A stretch of 24,408 bases of DNA from a virus (lineage: Duplodnaviria > Caudoviricetes): the IMG/VR virus record IMGVR_UViG_3300048886_001448, positions 1-24,408 of that record. The stretch is one strand, 5' to 3'. The translations under genes and the position numbers were made by a program. Positions 16,175 through 23,287 of the stretch are shown here, one piece after another (the stretch's first letter is position 1; every line of letters starts with the position of its first letter). The notes beneath the pieces were generated by a model that saw only the letters and a program-made list of their open reading frames with translations, had not been told where the DNA came from and made no database searches.

Positions 16175-16891
16175 TTACCCCCACTGAAACTTCATGGGCT
16201 GGTGAGATCTCAGGTATATTTTGAAGGTAACGAAAGAATATGGCGGGATGTGCTGGCCTTGCGCTTCATCGCCATAAGCCAACTCTGGAGGACAGGGGAC
16301 AATGCGGGTTTCTCCCAGTCTCATTTCGAGCAAGGCTAATTCTAATCCTAGGGGCCAGTCTTGCCCGTTGCTTTGCTCGTGACCCGAAAGGAATTTACAT
16401 GTTTTCGTTTGCGGGACCATAAAGGAGCATTGTTTCATTTGAGAAATATAATTTTCTTCCGAGCCTCCGGGAGAAGGATGGAGTATTGGCAGCCACTGTG
16501 TCCAATCACAATTAATCCGTTGGTGGAGCTTGTTCGTGCTACTCGTTACTTCGCTCATCTTTGGACCTTTTCCCTCCGTAATGATTTTAGATTTTATTTT
16601 AATAATTTTTTGCGCGTCTTCTATTTTTAAGTTCGCAAGAAGTCGGCCTGTTTTTGGGTCTTTTTTTACATTTTTATACTCTTCCCATTCTTCACTTATT
16701 GCGTCCGTGCCAGTCGCTTCTGCTTCTTTTTTTCTTTTTTGAAATTCCTCCCAATCATCTAGTTGAATTTCTTTAGCCATGTATTGGCAGCCCATTGCTT
16801 CGCATTCACGGCTGCCTACCTTCATCGGACCATCGCATTCGGGGCACTTATAGTACCTTACGCCATTGATGCTGTAGCTTTTGCCGCTCAT
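16175..16891 (-). CDS. FKBP-type peptidyl-prolyl isomerase domain with N-terminal zinc-ribbon-like motif
   Basis: N-terminal 'CPEC...CEAMGC'. FKBP motifs 'IITEGKGPK' and 'GLELALLEMRLGETRIVPCPPELAYG...IPPYSFVTFKIYL'. Confidence 0.8.
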   Translation of the reverse strand: MSGKSYSINGVRYYKCPECDGPMKVGSRECEAMGCQYMAKEIQLDDWEEFQKRKKEAEATGTDAISEEWEEYKNVKKDPKTGRLLANLKIEDAQKIIKIKSKIITEGKGPKMSEVTSSTNKLHQRINCDWTQWLPILHPSPGGSEENYISQMKQCSFMVPQTKTCKFLSGHEQSNGQDWPLGLELALLEMRLGETRIVPCPPELAYGDEAQGQHIPPYSFVTFKIYLRSHQPMKFQWG

Positions 16892-17442
16892 TTTTTCTTC
16901 TTTGGTTTACTCTCGTCGGCGTCATTAGGCGGATCTTTTTCGGGCGGCGGTTCCTTAACATCTTCCGAAAGACTAGAGAGGTGTTTTGCTGTCATGGCGT
17001 CAAGTGGTTCTAGGTCTTTGCCAGATATAATATTTTCTTTCTCCATTACTCTTTGTTTGTACCACTGTATAACATGAACAAGGTTTCTTACGTCTTTTTC
17101 TTGCACGTTAGAAACAGAGCACACATCAGTTTGGTCTTCCAATAGATCGCAAAATTCGTTTATTTCAGCTGCGATAAACTTCGCCGTCCACGGCCCGACT
17201 TCAACGCTTTGTTGAAAAGAGTCCATGGGTTTTTCAAGAATGTAATACTTTTTATCTGCATAATCTTTAGAGCAAAGCAAATTTATTTCTTCTAGCTTTT
17301 CTAGGGCTATCCTGAAGGCTATAGTCGTAGCTTCCTCATCCTCCATAATAGGAGCAACCTTCCTTAAGTCTCTACCTATTTCAAAATTGTCGGCTTTTTC
17401 AAACCAAGTAAATAGCTCATTTGATGCGTCTTGAACTGTCAT
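16888..17442 (-). CDS. Hypothetical protein
   Basis: 184-aa ORF with its own promoter, coupled to the FKBP gene through ATGA. Confidence 0.75.
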   Translation of the reverse strand: MTVQDASNELFTWFEKADNFEIGRDLRKVAPIMEDEEATTIAFRIALEKLEEINLLCSKDYADKKYYILEKPMDSFQQSVEVGPWTAKFIAAEINEFCDLLEDQTDVCSVSNVQEKDVRNLVHVIQWYKQRVMEKENIISGKDLEPLDAMTAKHLSSLSEDVKEPPPEKDPPNDADESKPKKKK

Positions 17443-17448
17443 ATAAAT

Positions 17449-17515
17449 ATAATAAACAAACCCCTATTCAAATCTAAAAAAAGTATCTTGACTTTATAAA
17501 AAAATAGCTTAATCT
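17449..17515. promoter_or_regulatory. Divergent promoter pair: TAGATT-N16-TATTAT (minus, 17476..17449) and TTGACT-N16-TAATCT (plus, 17488..17515)
   Basis: Located at the main strand-switch point. ATGs lie 6 and 9 nt after the respective -10 boxes. Confidence 0.65.
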
Positions 17516-17524
17516 TTCTATAAG

Positions 17525-17785
17525 ATGGATACAAAAGTTAAAGTTTCTAGAAGAGGACGTCCACCAGTAGACATTACTTGGCCTGACGTGGTTTTTACCG
17601 CTCAAGACGTGGTTGACACTGTTTCAGAGAAGATTTCTCGCGTCACTATTCACAGTAAATTAAATAAGGCTGTAGATGTCGGCGACCTAACGGTGGTTGG
17701 AGCATCTAAAACCAAGAACGGTAGACCTCGGGTAAAATACATGAAAACAGAGGTCGCACCGGTTTGTGGGGCCGATGAACAATAG
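17525..17785 (+). CDS. Small DNA-binding protein (winged-HTH-like, two GRP motifs)
   Basis: Motifs 'RRGRPP', 'FTAQDV...ISRVTIHSKLNKAVDVGDL', 'GRPRVKY'. Confidence 0.65.
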   Translation: MDTKVKVSRRGRPPVDITWPDVVFTAQDVVDTVSEKISRVTIHSKLNKAVDVGDLTVVGASKTKNGRPRVKYMKTEVAPVCGADEQ

Positions 17786-18188
17786 GATATCTTGGGAAAG
17801 TTACGCGCTTAGCATAGCCGAAGCAGCATCCCAAAGAAGCGAAGACCCCTATCAAAAAGTAGGGGCTTGCGCTTTAAACGCCCAAAACATGGTTGTAGGG
17901 GTGGGCTACAATGGTCTAGCTTCTGGAGTTACAATGCCATATAAAAACTTCTGGGATAACAGGGATTATCGTAGAAAATTTATGATTCATGCGGAAGCGA
18001 ACTGTCTTTCTCTGTGTAAAAAGGGGGAGGTCAAGCTTTTAGCGGTCACGCTTTTGCCCTGCTCTTATTGCGCCACCATGGTTTCTGCCTACGGTATACA
18101 AGAGGTTTACTATAAGGACACCTACGAAAGAGACGAACAGGCTAAGGAGATTTTTAACTGGTATAATATAAAATTAGTTAGACTATAG
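17775..18188 (+). CDS. dCMP deaminase
   Basis: Motifs 'RSEDP..KVGA', 'GYNG', 'HAEAN', 'PCSYC'. ATG 17775 preferred as start. Confidence 0.93.
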   Translation: MNNRISWESYALSIAEAASQRSEDPYQKVGACALNAQNMVVGVGYNGLASGVTMPYKNFWDNRDYRRKFMIHAEANCLSLCKKGEVKLLAVTLLPCSYCATMVSAYGIQEVYYKDTYERDEQAKEIFNWYNIKLVRL

Positions 18189-18216
18189 TAGTATCTGGAG
18201 GTAACATATCACTAAC

Positions 18217-18567
18217 ATGGAAACGATAGTTTATCCATTTTTAGTTTCAGTTGTACTATTTTACATATATGAAACTGATTTTTTTGTAGAGTACGTTAAG
18301 CTATTTAGGCTTGGCAAACTTTTTAAAATAAAAGAATACGAGGAGCACTTGGCGCTTGGGACAGACAATAACTATTGGGAGTGGCTGGTTTTTGAGAAGC
18401 AGACCTTTTTAAGAAAGTTACTTTCTTGTCCCTACTGCCTTGGGTTTTGGCTTAGTGTTTCTCTTTACTTTACCTATGAAGATATAGGTTTGTTTATAAT
18501 GAATTTATGGTTATCTTTATTTTTGTTTTTGATTTTAAAGATTGCAACTAGGAAAGCTTATGACTGA
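18217..18567 (+). CDS. Membrane protein with CPYC motif (DUF1360-like)
   Basis: 'LLSCPYCLGFWLS' and three hydrophobic segments. Confidence 0.65.
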   Translation: METIVYPFLVSVVLFYIYETDFFVEYVKLFRLGKLFKIKEYEEHLALGTDNNYWEWLVFEKQTFLRKLLSCPYCLGFWLSVSLYFTYEDIGLFIMNLWLSLFLFLILKIATRKAYD

Positions 18568-19147
18568 CAACAACACAGAGCCTACTCATCCGCCCGTTTC
18601 TGCCCCCCCAACGACGGAAGAAGAATGGCGACTAGCGAACCCAGACTCAACGTCTGAAGCCTGTATGATGGAGTGTGAAACTTGGATACCACCAAGCTAT
18701 ACCTATTATACTTTTACAGCGATGAGGGAGTTTGTTGCTTTTTGCGGAGCAGGAAGTCCCGCGCCATCTGATGCACCCCAAAACCCTGAGTTTTGTGATC
18801 TTTCGGAAGAGCAAGCAGCGACAACAGACAGCCAAGAAGTGGATAAAATAAGAGCTTCGTGCCACCACCTTATGAAGGCTGCAGCAAACAGTATTGGCGG
18901 GTGTGGGTGCAACAGGAGCAAAAGACTGGAGCAGGCGGTAAAGGTATACACTGACACCATTGATCTAATTTCTAAGTGTCCTGCGGTATGTGATAACGTA
19001 AAAAAACTTTTAAATTCCGTAGAAAGGGTTCACTTTTGGAAAGACGGAGACAAATATTCAAATCAGGGGCGCGTTTTTAGCATGAGTAACTCACCAGCCT
19101 TTGATTGGCGTAAGACTCCACCGCCATCACCCTTTTTAATAATTTGA
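18560..19147 (+). CDS. Hypothetical Cys/Pro-rich protein
   Basis: ATG 18560 overlaps the end of the previous gene. Contains 'GGCGCNR' and 'CPAVC'. Confidence 0.65.
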   Translation: MTDNNTEPTHPPVSAPPTTEEEWRLANPDSTSEACMMECETWIPPSYTYYTFTAMREFVAFCGAGSPAPSDAPQNPEFCDLSEEQAATTDSQEVDKIRASCHHLMKAAANSIGGCGCNRSKRLEQAVKVYTDTIDLISKCPAVCDNVKKLLNSVERVHFWKDGDKYSNQGRVFSMSNSPAFDWRKTPPPSPFLII

Positions 19148-19148
19148 A

Positions 19149-19910
19149 ATGCGTTTTTGCGTAAGTTACAGTCATACTCATAAGGTTTTCTTGGAGGACT
19201 TTTTCTTAAAGTCTTTTCCATTCGAGAAGGGCGTTTCCCTCCTAATAGAGCAAGTCTCACAAAAGTGCGCTTCAGGTAATCTTTTTTCAGACGGATGGAG
19301 AGATCAGATGCTTGAGAAGCAAATATTTATAAATAAATGTTTAAATACTTTTAAAAAGGGAGAGATAGCAGTTTTTACTGATGTAGATATTAGGTTTTAT
19401 GGAAAAATCAAAGCTGACCTAACTTCCTGCTTGGAAGGAAAGGACATTTGCTTTATGAAGGATCATAATACGGATGAGCACGGTAGGTGCGGTGGCTTTT
19501 TTGTTGTAAGAGTGTCCAGCAAAATTAGATCCTTTTTTGAAGAAGTCGCAAACAGGCTGTCATCCAACAAGGATTCAAAAGTTTCCTTCGAAACGTCAGA
19601 ACAGTGCGCTATTAACAATATATTAAATGATCACTGTTACCGCAGGGGGAAACAAAGTGGCTCGGATACAGGGATAGAGTGGGGCTATTTGCCAGCGCGA
19701 TATTACACACATGGCTTGTACGTAGAAGGAATAGAGAACTTCTCAATGGAAGACCAGAGTGGCCTGTGGTGGGAAAATAAAAACTGGAGCGAGAAGAGTT
19801 GTGTTTTTGTTCCCGATGATATCTTGGTTCATCATGCGAATTGGTGTCATGGGGTTGACAATAAACTCCATCTCCTAAACTGGATTAAAGAAATAGTGGA
19901 TCAGAAATGA
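19149..19910 (+). CDS. Nucleotide-diphospho-sugar transferase (GT-A fold)
   Basis: DxD motif 'VFTDVDI', then 'CGGFF', 'EQCAINN', 'VHHANW'. Confidence 0.8.
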   Translation: MRFCVSYSHTHKVFLEDFFLKSFPFEKGVSLLIEQVSQKCASGNLFSDGWRDQMLEKQIFINKCLNTFKKGEIAVFTDVDIRFYGKIKADLTSCLEGKDICFMKDHNTDEHGRCGGFFVVRVSSKIRSFFEEVANRLSSNKDSKVSFETSEQCAINNILNDHCYRRGKQSGSDTGIEWGYLPARYYTHGLYVEGIENFSMEDQSGLWWENKNWSEKSCVFVPDDILVHHANWCHGVDNKLHLLNWIKEIVDQK

Positions 19911-19913
19911 CAT

Positions 19914-20294
19914 ATGGCAGAGAAGAAACAACTATTTTGTTTTAAGTTTAGGAACACCAACGGGGTGAGATACGAGGTGCGCTTTAGAAAACCAAACGCT
20001 GCTCACTTTGGCAAGGCGGACGGCTATTGTGATGATCCAGAGGAAGATTACCCACGGATTTACATTAACCCACACTTAACCCCAAAATCAGAACTCAATA
20101 CCATAGTTCACGAATTAGCACACGCTTTCTTCTGGGATAAACCAGAAAAAGAAATTTACAAATACGCCAACACAGTTGCGGCGTTTCTATACAGGCAGGG
20201 CTGGAGAAAAAACGAAGAGCTAACCAATAACGAACCGCCTCCTCCAAGAAAGAGGGCAAAAAAGAAGTCTAAAAAATCCTCAAAAAAGAAGTAA
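19914..20294 (+). CDS. HExxH zinc-metallopeptidase-like protein with basic tail
   Basis: 'IYINP...LNTIVHELAHAF....E' and a Lys-rich C-terminus. Confidence 0.7.
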   Translation: MAEKKQLFCFKFRNTNGVRYEVRFRKPNAAHFGKADGYCDDPEEDYPRIYINPHLTPKSELNTIVHELAHAFFWDKPEKEIYKYANTVAAFLYRQGWRKNEELTNNEPPPPRKRAKKKSKKSSKKK

Positions 20295-20469
20295 TTAAAC
20301 CCCTACAACAAAAAGTAAAATCCTAATGTATCCTCCACGGTTATGTTGTCTTGTATAAAAGACCTGTTTTTATCATCTACTTTCTTATTTAATATTACAC
20401 CGTATAAGCGTATTCGCAAATTAAATATGCAAAAGAACCAATCAGTTTGCTACACTTATTTAATTGTAA

Positions 20470-20497
20470 TTGACTAATAAAAAAAACATTCTATACT
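20470..20497 (+). promoter_or_regulatory. Sigma70-like promoter TTGACT-N16-TATACT for tRNA-Gly
   Basis: Near-consensus hexamers, 14 nt before the tRNA. Confidence 0.8.
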
Positions 20498-20511
20498 TTA
20501 GGCAGCGTAAC

Positions 20512-20585
20512 GCGGGTGTCGTATAATGGTATTACTCCAGCCTTCCAAGCTGATAACGCGAGTTCGATTCTCGCCACCCGCTCCA
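20512..20585 (+). tRNA. tRNA-Gly (anticodon TCC)
   Basis: Acceptor GCGGGTG/CACCCGC, anticodon loop CT-TCC-AA, T-arm GCGAG-TTCGATT-CTCGC, encoded CCA. Confidence 0.96.
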
Positions 20586-20656
20586 CAAAACAAAAAAAAC
20601 CGATTTTAAAGCGAGGGGGAAAATTGACCCATAGGTGGACGATATATAAAAAATTC

Positions 20657-20684
20657 TTGACTTATTTAAAAAAAGACGTATCAT
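20657..20684 (+). promoter_or_regulatory. Sigma70-like promoter TTGACT-N16-TATCAT
   Basis: ATG 20691 follows 6 nt after the -10 box, implying a leaderless transcript. Confidence 0.75.
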
Positions 20685-20690
20685 AAGAGC

Positions 20691-20858
20691 ATGACAGACA
20701 AAGACAAATGGGAAGAAAGGCTTCTTTCGCCAAAAGACAATTACGAAAGATGGATCGACAAGCACAACCATAAGCTTGAGCTTGTTAGGACCATAGGAAG
20801 CATAATTGCCGCAATTACCGGACTCCTAGTGTTTTTAAAGGTTTTTGACTTTATTTAA
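20691..20858 (+). CDS. 55-aa protein with C-terminal membrane anchor
   Basis: Below the ORF-track cutoff: MTDKDKWEERLLSPKDNYERWIDKHNHKLELVRTIGSIIAAITGLLVFLKVFDFI. Has its own promoter. Confidence 0.7.
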   Translation: MTDKDKWEERLLSPKDNYERWIDKHNHKLELVRTIGSIIAAITGLLVFLKVFDFI

Positions 20859-20935
20859 GCTCTTGTAGCTCAATTGGATAGAGCATCTGTCTTCTAAACA
20901 GAGGGTTCTGGGTTCGAGTCCCAGCAAGAGTGCCA
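20859..20935 (+). tRNA. tRNA-Arg (anticodon TCT)
   Basis: Acceptor GCTCTTG/CAAGAGT, D-arm GCTC/GAGC, anticodon arm TCTGT-CT-TCT-AA-ACAGA, T-arm CTGGG-TTCGAGT-CCCAG, CCA. Confidence 0.96.
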
Positions 20936-20947
20936 TTAAAATAACAT

Positions 20948-20975
20948 TTGACAATTCAAAAATCTAATATACAAT
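20948..20975 (+). promoter_or_regulatory. Sigma70-like promoter TTGACA-N16-TACAAT
   Basis: Near-consensus hexamers, 11 nt before ATG 20987. Confidence 0.8.
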
Positions 20976-20986
20976 GGAGATTCACT

Positions 20987-21265
20987 ATGAGTAATACAAA
21001 CAAAAACCAGTGCGAAACAGACCAAAACCAGTGCGAAACAGACCAAAGCAAATACACCCAAGTTAAAACGGTATATGCCCGCGCAGCAGTTCTTCTTCTG
21101 GCGGTAAACTTCTGTCTAACAGGATACGTTTTGACAGGCATGATGAAAATCCAAAACGAGCAAGCAGATAGCTCTCAGCCCCCGCAGCCCCTTTCTAAGA
21201 CTGCAGGAACCAGCCCGCCTACCTCAACGGAAATTCCTCAAACACTTAAGAAAGAAGATAATTAA
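20987..21265 (+). CDS. Small single-pass membrane protein
   Basis: ATG 20987 (MSNTNK), TM 'AAVLLLAVNFCLTGYVLTGM', Pro/Thr-rich tail. The track's TTG start coincides with the -35 box. Confidence 0.7.
   Translation: MSNTNKNQCETDQNQCETDQSKYTQVKTVYARAAVLLLAVNFCLTGYVLTGMMKIQNEQADSSQPPQPLSKTAGTSPPTSTEIPQTLKKEDN
21003..21047 (+). repeat. 21-bp in-frame tandem duplication (NQCETDQ twice)
   Basis: AAAACCAGTGCGAAACAGACC occurs at 21003..21023 and 21024..21044. Confidence 0.9.
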
Positions 21266-21301
21266 TTCACCGCTTAATTATCGGTGATCTCCAAAAACAC
21301 G

Positions 21302-21334
21302 CCCCACTTAGACTTTTGTCTTGGTGGGGTTTTT
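21302..21334 (+). terminator. Intrinsic terminator
   Basis: CCCCAC..AGAC-TTTT-GTCT..GTGGGG followed by TTTTT. Confidence 0.75.
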
Positions 21335-21372
21335 CTTTTGCTCGTGCGCCGTATTTGTGTTAATATATAAAC

Positions 21373-22185
21373 ATGGAAGCTGTTCCGCTATTTGATTGGC
21401 TAGAGATTGAAACGCAAGGAGACTGCAATAGGCGCTGCAACACCTGCTTAAGACAAAGCTACCCTGATAAAGAGAACCCTTCTCACCAAGGAAGGTTTCC
21501 AACTCGATGGAAAGTGGGGCAGGGCAAAAAAATGGAAATGCTCACCTTTAAAAGCGTCGTTGATCAAGCCGTGGACATGGGGTTTACAGGAACCGTTAAC
21601 TTGCAGCACTACAACGAACCCCTTTTGGACGAAAGGCTTGCAGAGTTAGCTGCGTATGTTAAAACGAAGACGGAAGTCAAGGAGGTAAGAGCCTTCACAA
21701 ATGGAGACCTGTTCGATGAAGCGAGAGCTAAAGAACTCGATGGCCTGTTTGATGTTTTTCATATAGCTCTTTACATGCCTAGAGAGAAACAAAAGATAAG
21801 AGAAGAGTGGTTAAGGGGCTTATTTAAAAAAACTCACTTAGAATTTACAGGAGGACAGCATAGGGCGTCACACTTCAGCCCCCCAGAAGCGTGGGAGGGC
21901 GTATATAACATTGCTGCTCCAGCAAATAACCTAGAAGAACTAATTAAAACACAAAGGGAAAAACCTTGCCTTCACAACAACCATATGCTTATCATAGCTT
22001 ACGATGGCACTATTCTTCATTGTTGCGAGGACTATGTTGGTCACTTTGGACTCGGTAATGTTAATTCTATGTCGCTGAGAGACATTTGGGAAGGTCCAAG
22101 GCACACGCAACTAGTCAAAGACCTTTCTTGCGCTGGTGGCAGAAAAAAACATGCGTACTGTAGTATTTGCCCCAGAGAAACATAA
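21373..22185 (+). CDS. Radical SAM protein with SPASM/twitch domain
   Basis: CxxxCxxC 'CNRRCNTC', 'NEPLL', 'FTNG', and C-terminal 'C...DGTILHCCED...LGNV...IW...CSIC'. Confidence 0.9.
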   Translation: MEAVPLFDWLEIETQGDCNRRCNTCLRQSYPDKENPSHQGRFPTRWKVGQGKKMEMLTFKSVVDQAVDMGFTGTVNLQHYNEPLLDERLAELAAYVKTKTEVKEVRAFTNGDLFDEARAKELDGLFDVFHIALYMPREKQKIREEWLRGLFKKTHLEFTGGQHRASHFSPPEAWEGVYNIAAPANNLEELIKTQREKPCLHNNHMLIIAYDGTILHCCEDYVGHFGLGNVNSMSLRDIWEGPRHTQLVKDLSCAGGRKKHAYCSICPRET

Positions 22186-22189
22186 TTTT

Positions 22190-22264
22190 GCGAGCGTAGC
22201 TCAGCGGTAGAGCACCGCGTTTACACCGCGTAGGTCGTAGGTTCGATCCCTTCCGCTCGCACCA
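22190..22264 (+). tRNA. tRNA-Val (anticodon TAC)
   Basis: Acceptor GCGAGCG/CGCTCGC, D-arm GCTC/GAGC, loop TT-TAC-AC, T-loop TTCGATC, ACCA end. Confidence 0.94.
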
Positions 22265-22269
22265 TAAAA

Positions 22270-22308
22270 AAAGTTGCAGCAGAGGTTCACATGAACATGC
22301 TGCAACTT
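22270..22308. terminator. Hairpin between convergent units (probable terminator, U-tract on minus strand)
   Basis: AAGTTGCAGCA...TGCTGCAACTT preceded by an A-run. Confidence 0.65.
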
Positions 22309-22339
22309 CGGGCCTCCACCTTTGTCCACCCCTTGAAAA

Positions 22340-22756
22340 TTACATTTCTTCTATTCTTTTTGCTTTATCGTCAATTACTAAGTCGTATGGAGGCTTTACG
22401 TATTTTCCCTTTGTACCAGTAGATAAGTCATTGAATCTGCAACCCCATGATTCTAGCTGTTTCCAAGTAAAGTCATAATAACATGAGCCCTCTCTCTTGG
22501 ATTTCTCAGATCCACCCCTAGCTGTCCAGTAAACTACGTGCCAACCCTCGTCATATAGCTTGTTTATTTTTTTAATATTTTCTTGGCTTGGTTCTGCTAA
22601 ATTGTATTGCCTCTTTCCGGAATAGAAACAAATAGTTTCGTCAATATCAACAAGAACCACCTTCTGTTCGCCCTCTGGGGCAAGTCTATCCGAGATGTGG
22701 AATTCTTGTTCTTCGGCGTACTCTTCGTACTCGCTTCGTTCACTTTCGTACGTCAT
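22340..22756 (-). CDS. HAD-superfamily phosphatase (capsule-biosynthesis-phosphatase-like)
   Basis: Motifs 'VDIDETIC', 'WTARG', 'KP.YDLVIDDKA'. AAGGAG SD upstream. Confidence 0.85.
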   Translation of the reverse strand: MTYESERSEYEEYAEEQEFHISDRLAPEGEQKVVLVDIDETICFYSGKRQYNLAEPSQENIKKINKLYDEGWHVVYWTARGGSEKSKREGSCYYDFTWKQLESWGCRFNDLSTGTKGKYVKPPYDLVIDDKAKRIEEM

Positions 22757-22933
22757 TTTTATTCTCCTTTTTAACTTTGTTCATCATATTTAGACAGTTA
22801 TTGAGTAATGTGTAACACAAAACCGTCACAACCCCGAGTAATGCTACTATAAAAAACTCCATGTTTTTATGTTACTTTGTTAGTGGAAATAAGTACAAAA
22901 AATATTTCCCTAGATGAAGGTGTAATCATTGCT

Positions 22934-23122
22934 ATGAAAATTTACGAAGTAAAACAACAGACGAGTAACCTACAGTGGCACACCCTTGCTTTTCTTAAAA
23001 AAAGGGAAGACGCAGAAAAATATCGATTATTATACAACACGAAAGTTGTTGTGCATCCCACCAAAATAGTGGAACATAAGCTGACTGAGTTTAAAGACTT
23101 TGAAGACGAGTTTAAATTATGA
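22934..23122 (+). CDS. Small hypothetical protein
   Basis: ATG 22934 (MKIYEV), 7 nt after GTGTAAT, coupled to the next ORF through ATGA. Confidence 0.65.
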   Translation: MKIYEVKQQTSNLQWHTLAFLKKREDAEKYRLLYNTKVVVHPTKIVEHKLTEFKDFEDEFKL

Positions 23123-23283
23123 AAAACAAGCACCAAGAGAAATACTTCAAATCCCCTAAAGGAAAAAACTCTTTAAAAAAGGCGAGGAAATCATATGATA
23201 TTAGAGACCCCGAAAGGAGAAGGAGACAAAAACGGGAATACATGAGAAGGAAAAGGTCAGAAAACCCAGATATATGGAGGTAA
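23119..23283 (+). CDS. 54-aa highly basic protein
   Basis: Below the ORF-track cutoff: MKNKHQEKYFKSPKGKNSLKKARKSYDIRDPERRRRQKREYMRRKRSENPDIWR. It fills the gap between two genes exactly. Confidence 0.65.
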   Translation: MKNKHQEKYFKSPKGKNSLKKARKSYDIRDPERRRRQKREYMRRKRSENPDIWR

Positions 23284-23287
23284 CACC

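Noticed and set aside
20295-20460. Possible small minus-strand gene downstream of GTGTAAT at 20400..20394
   Set aside because: The nearest ATG opens only 11 codons and the longer frame lacks a standard start, so no CDS can be supported.
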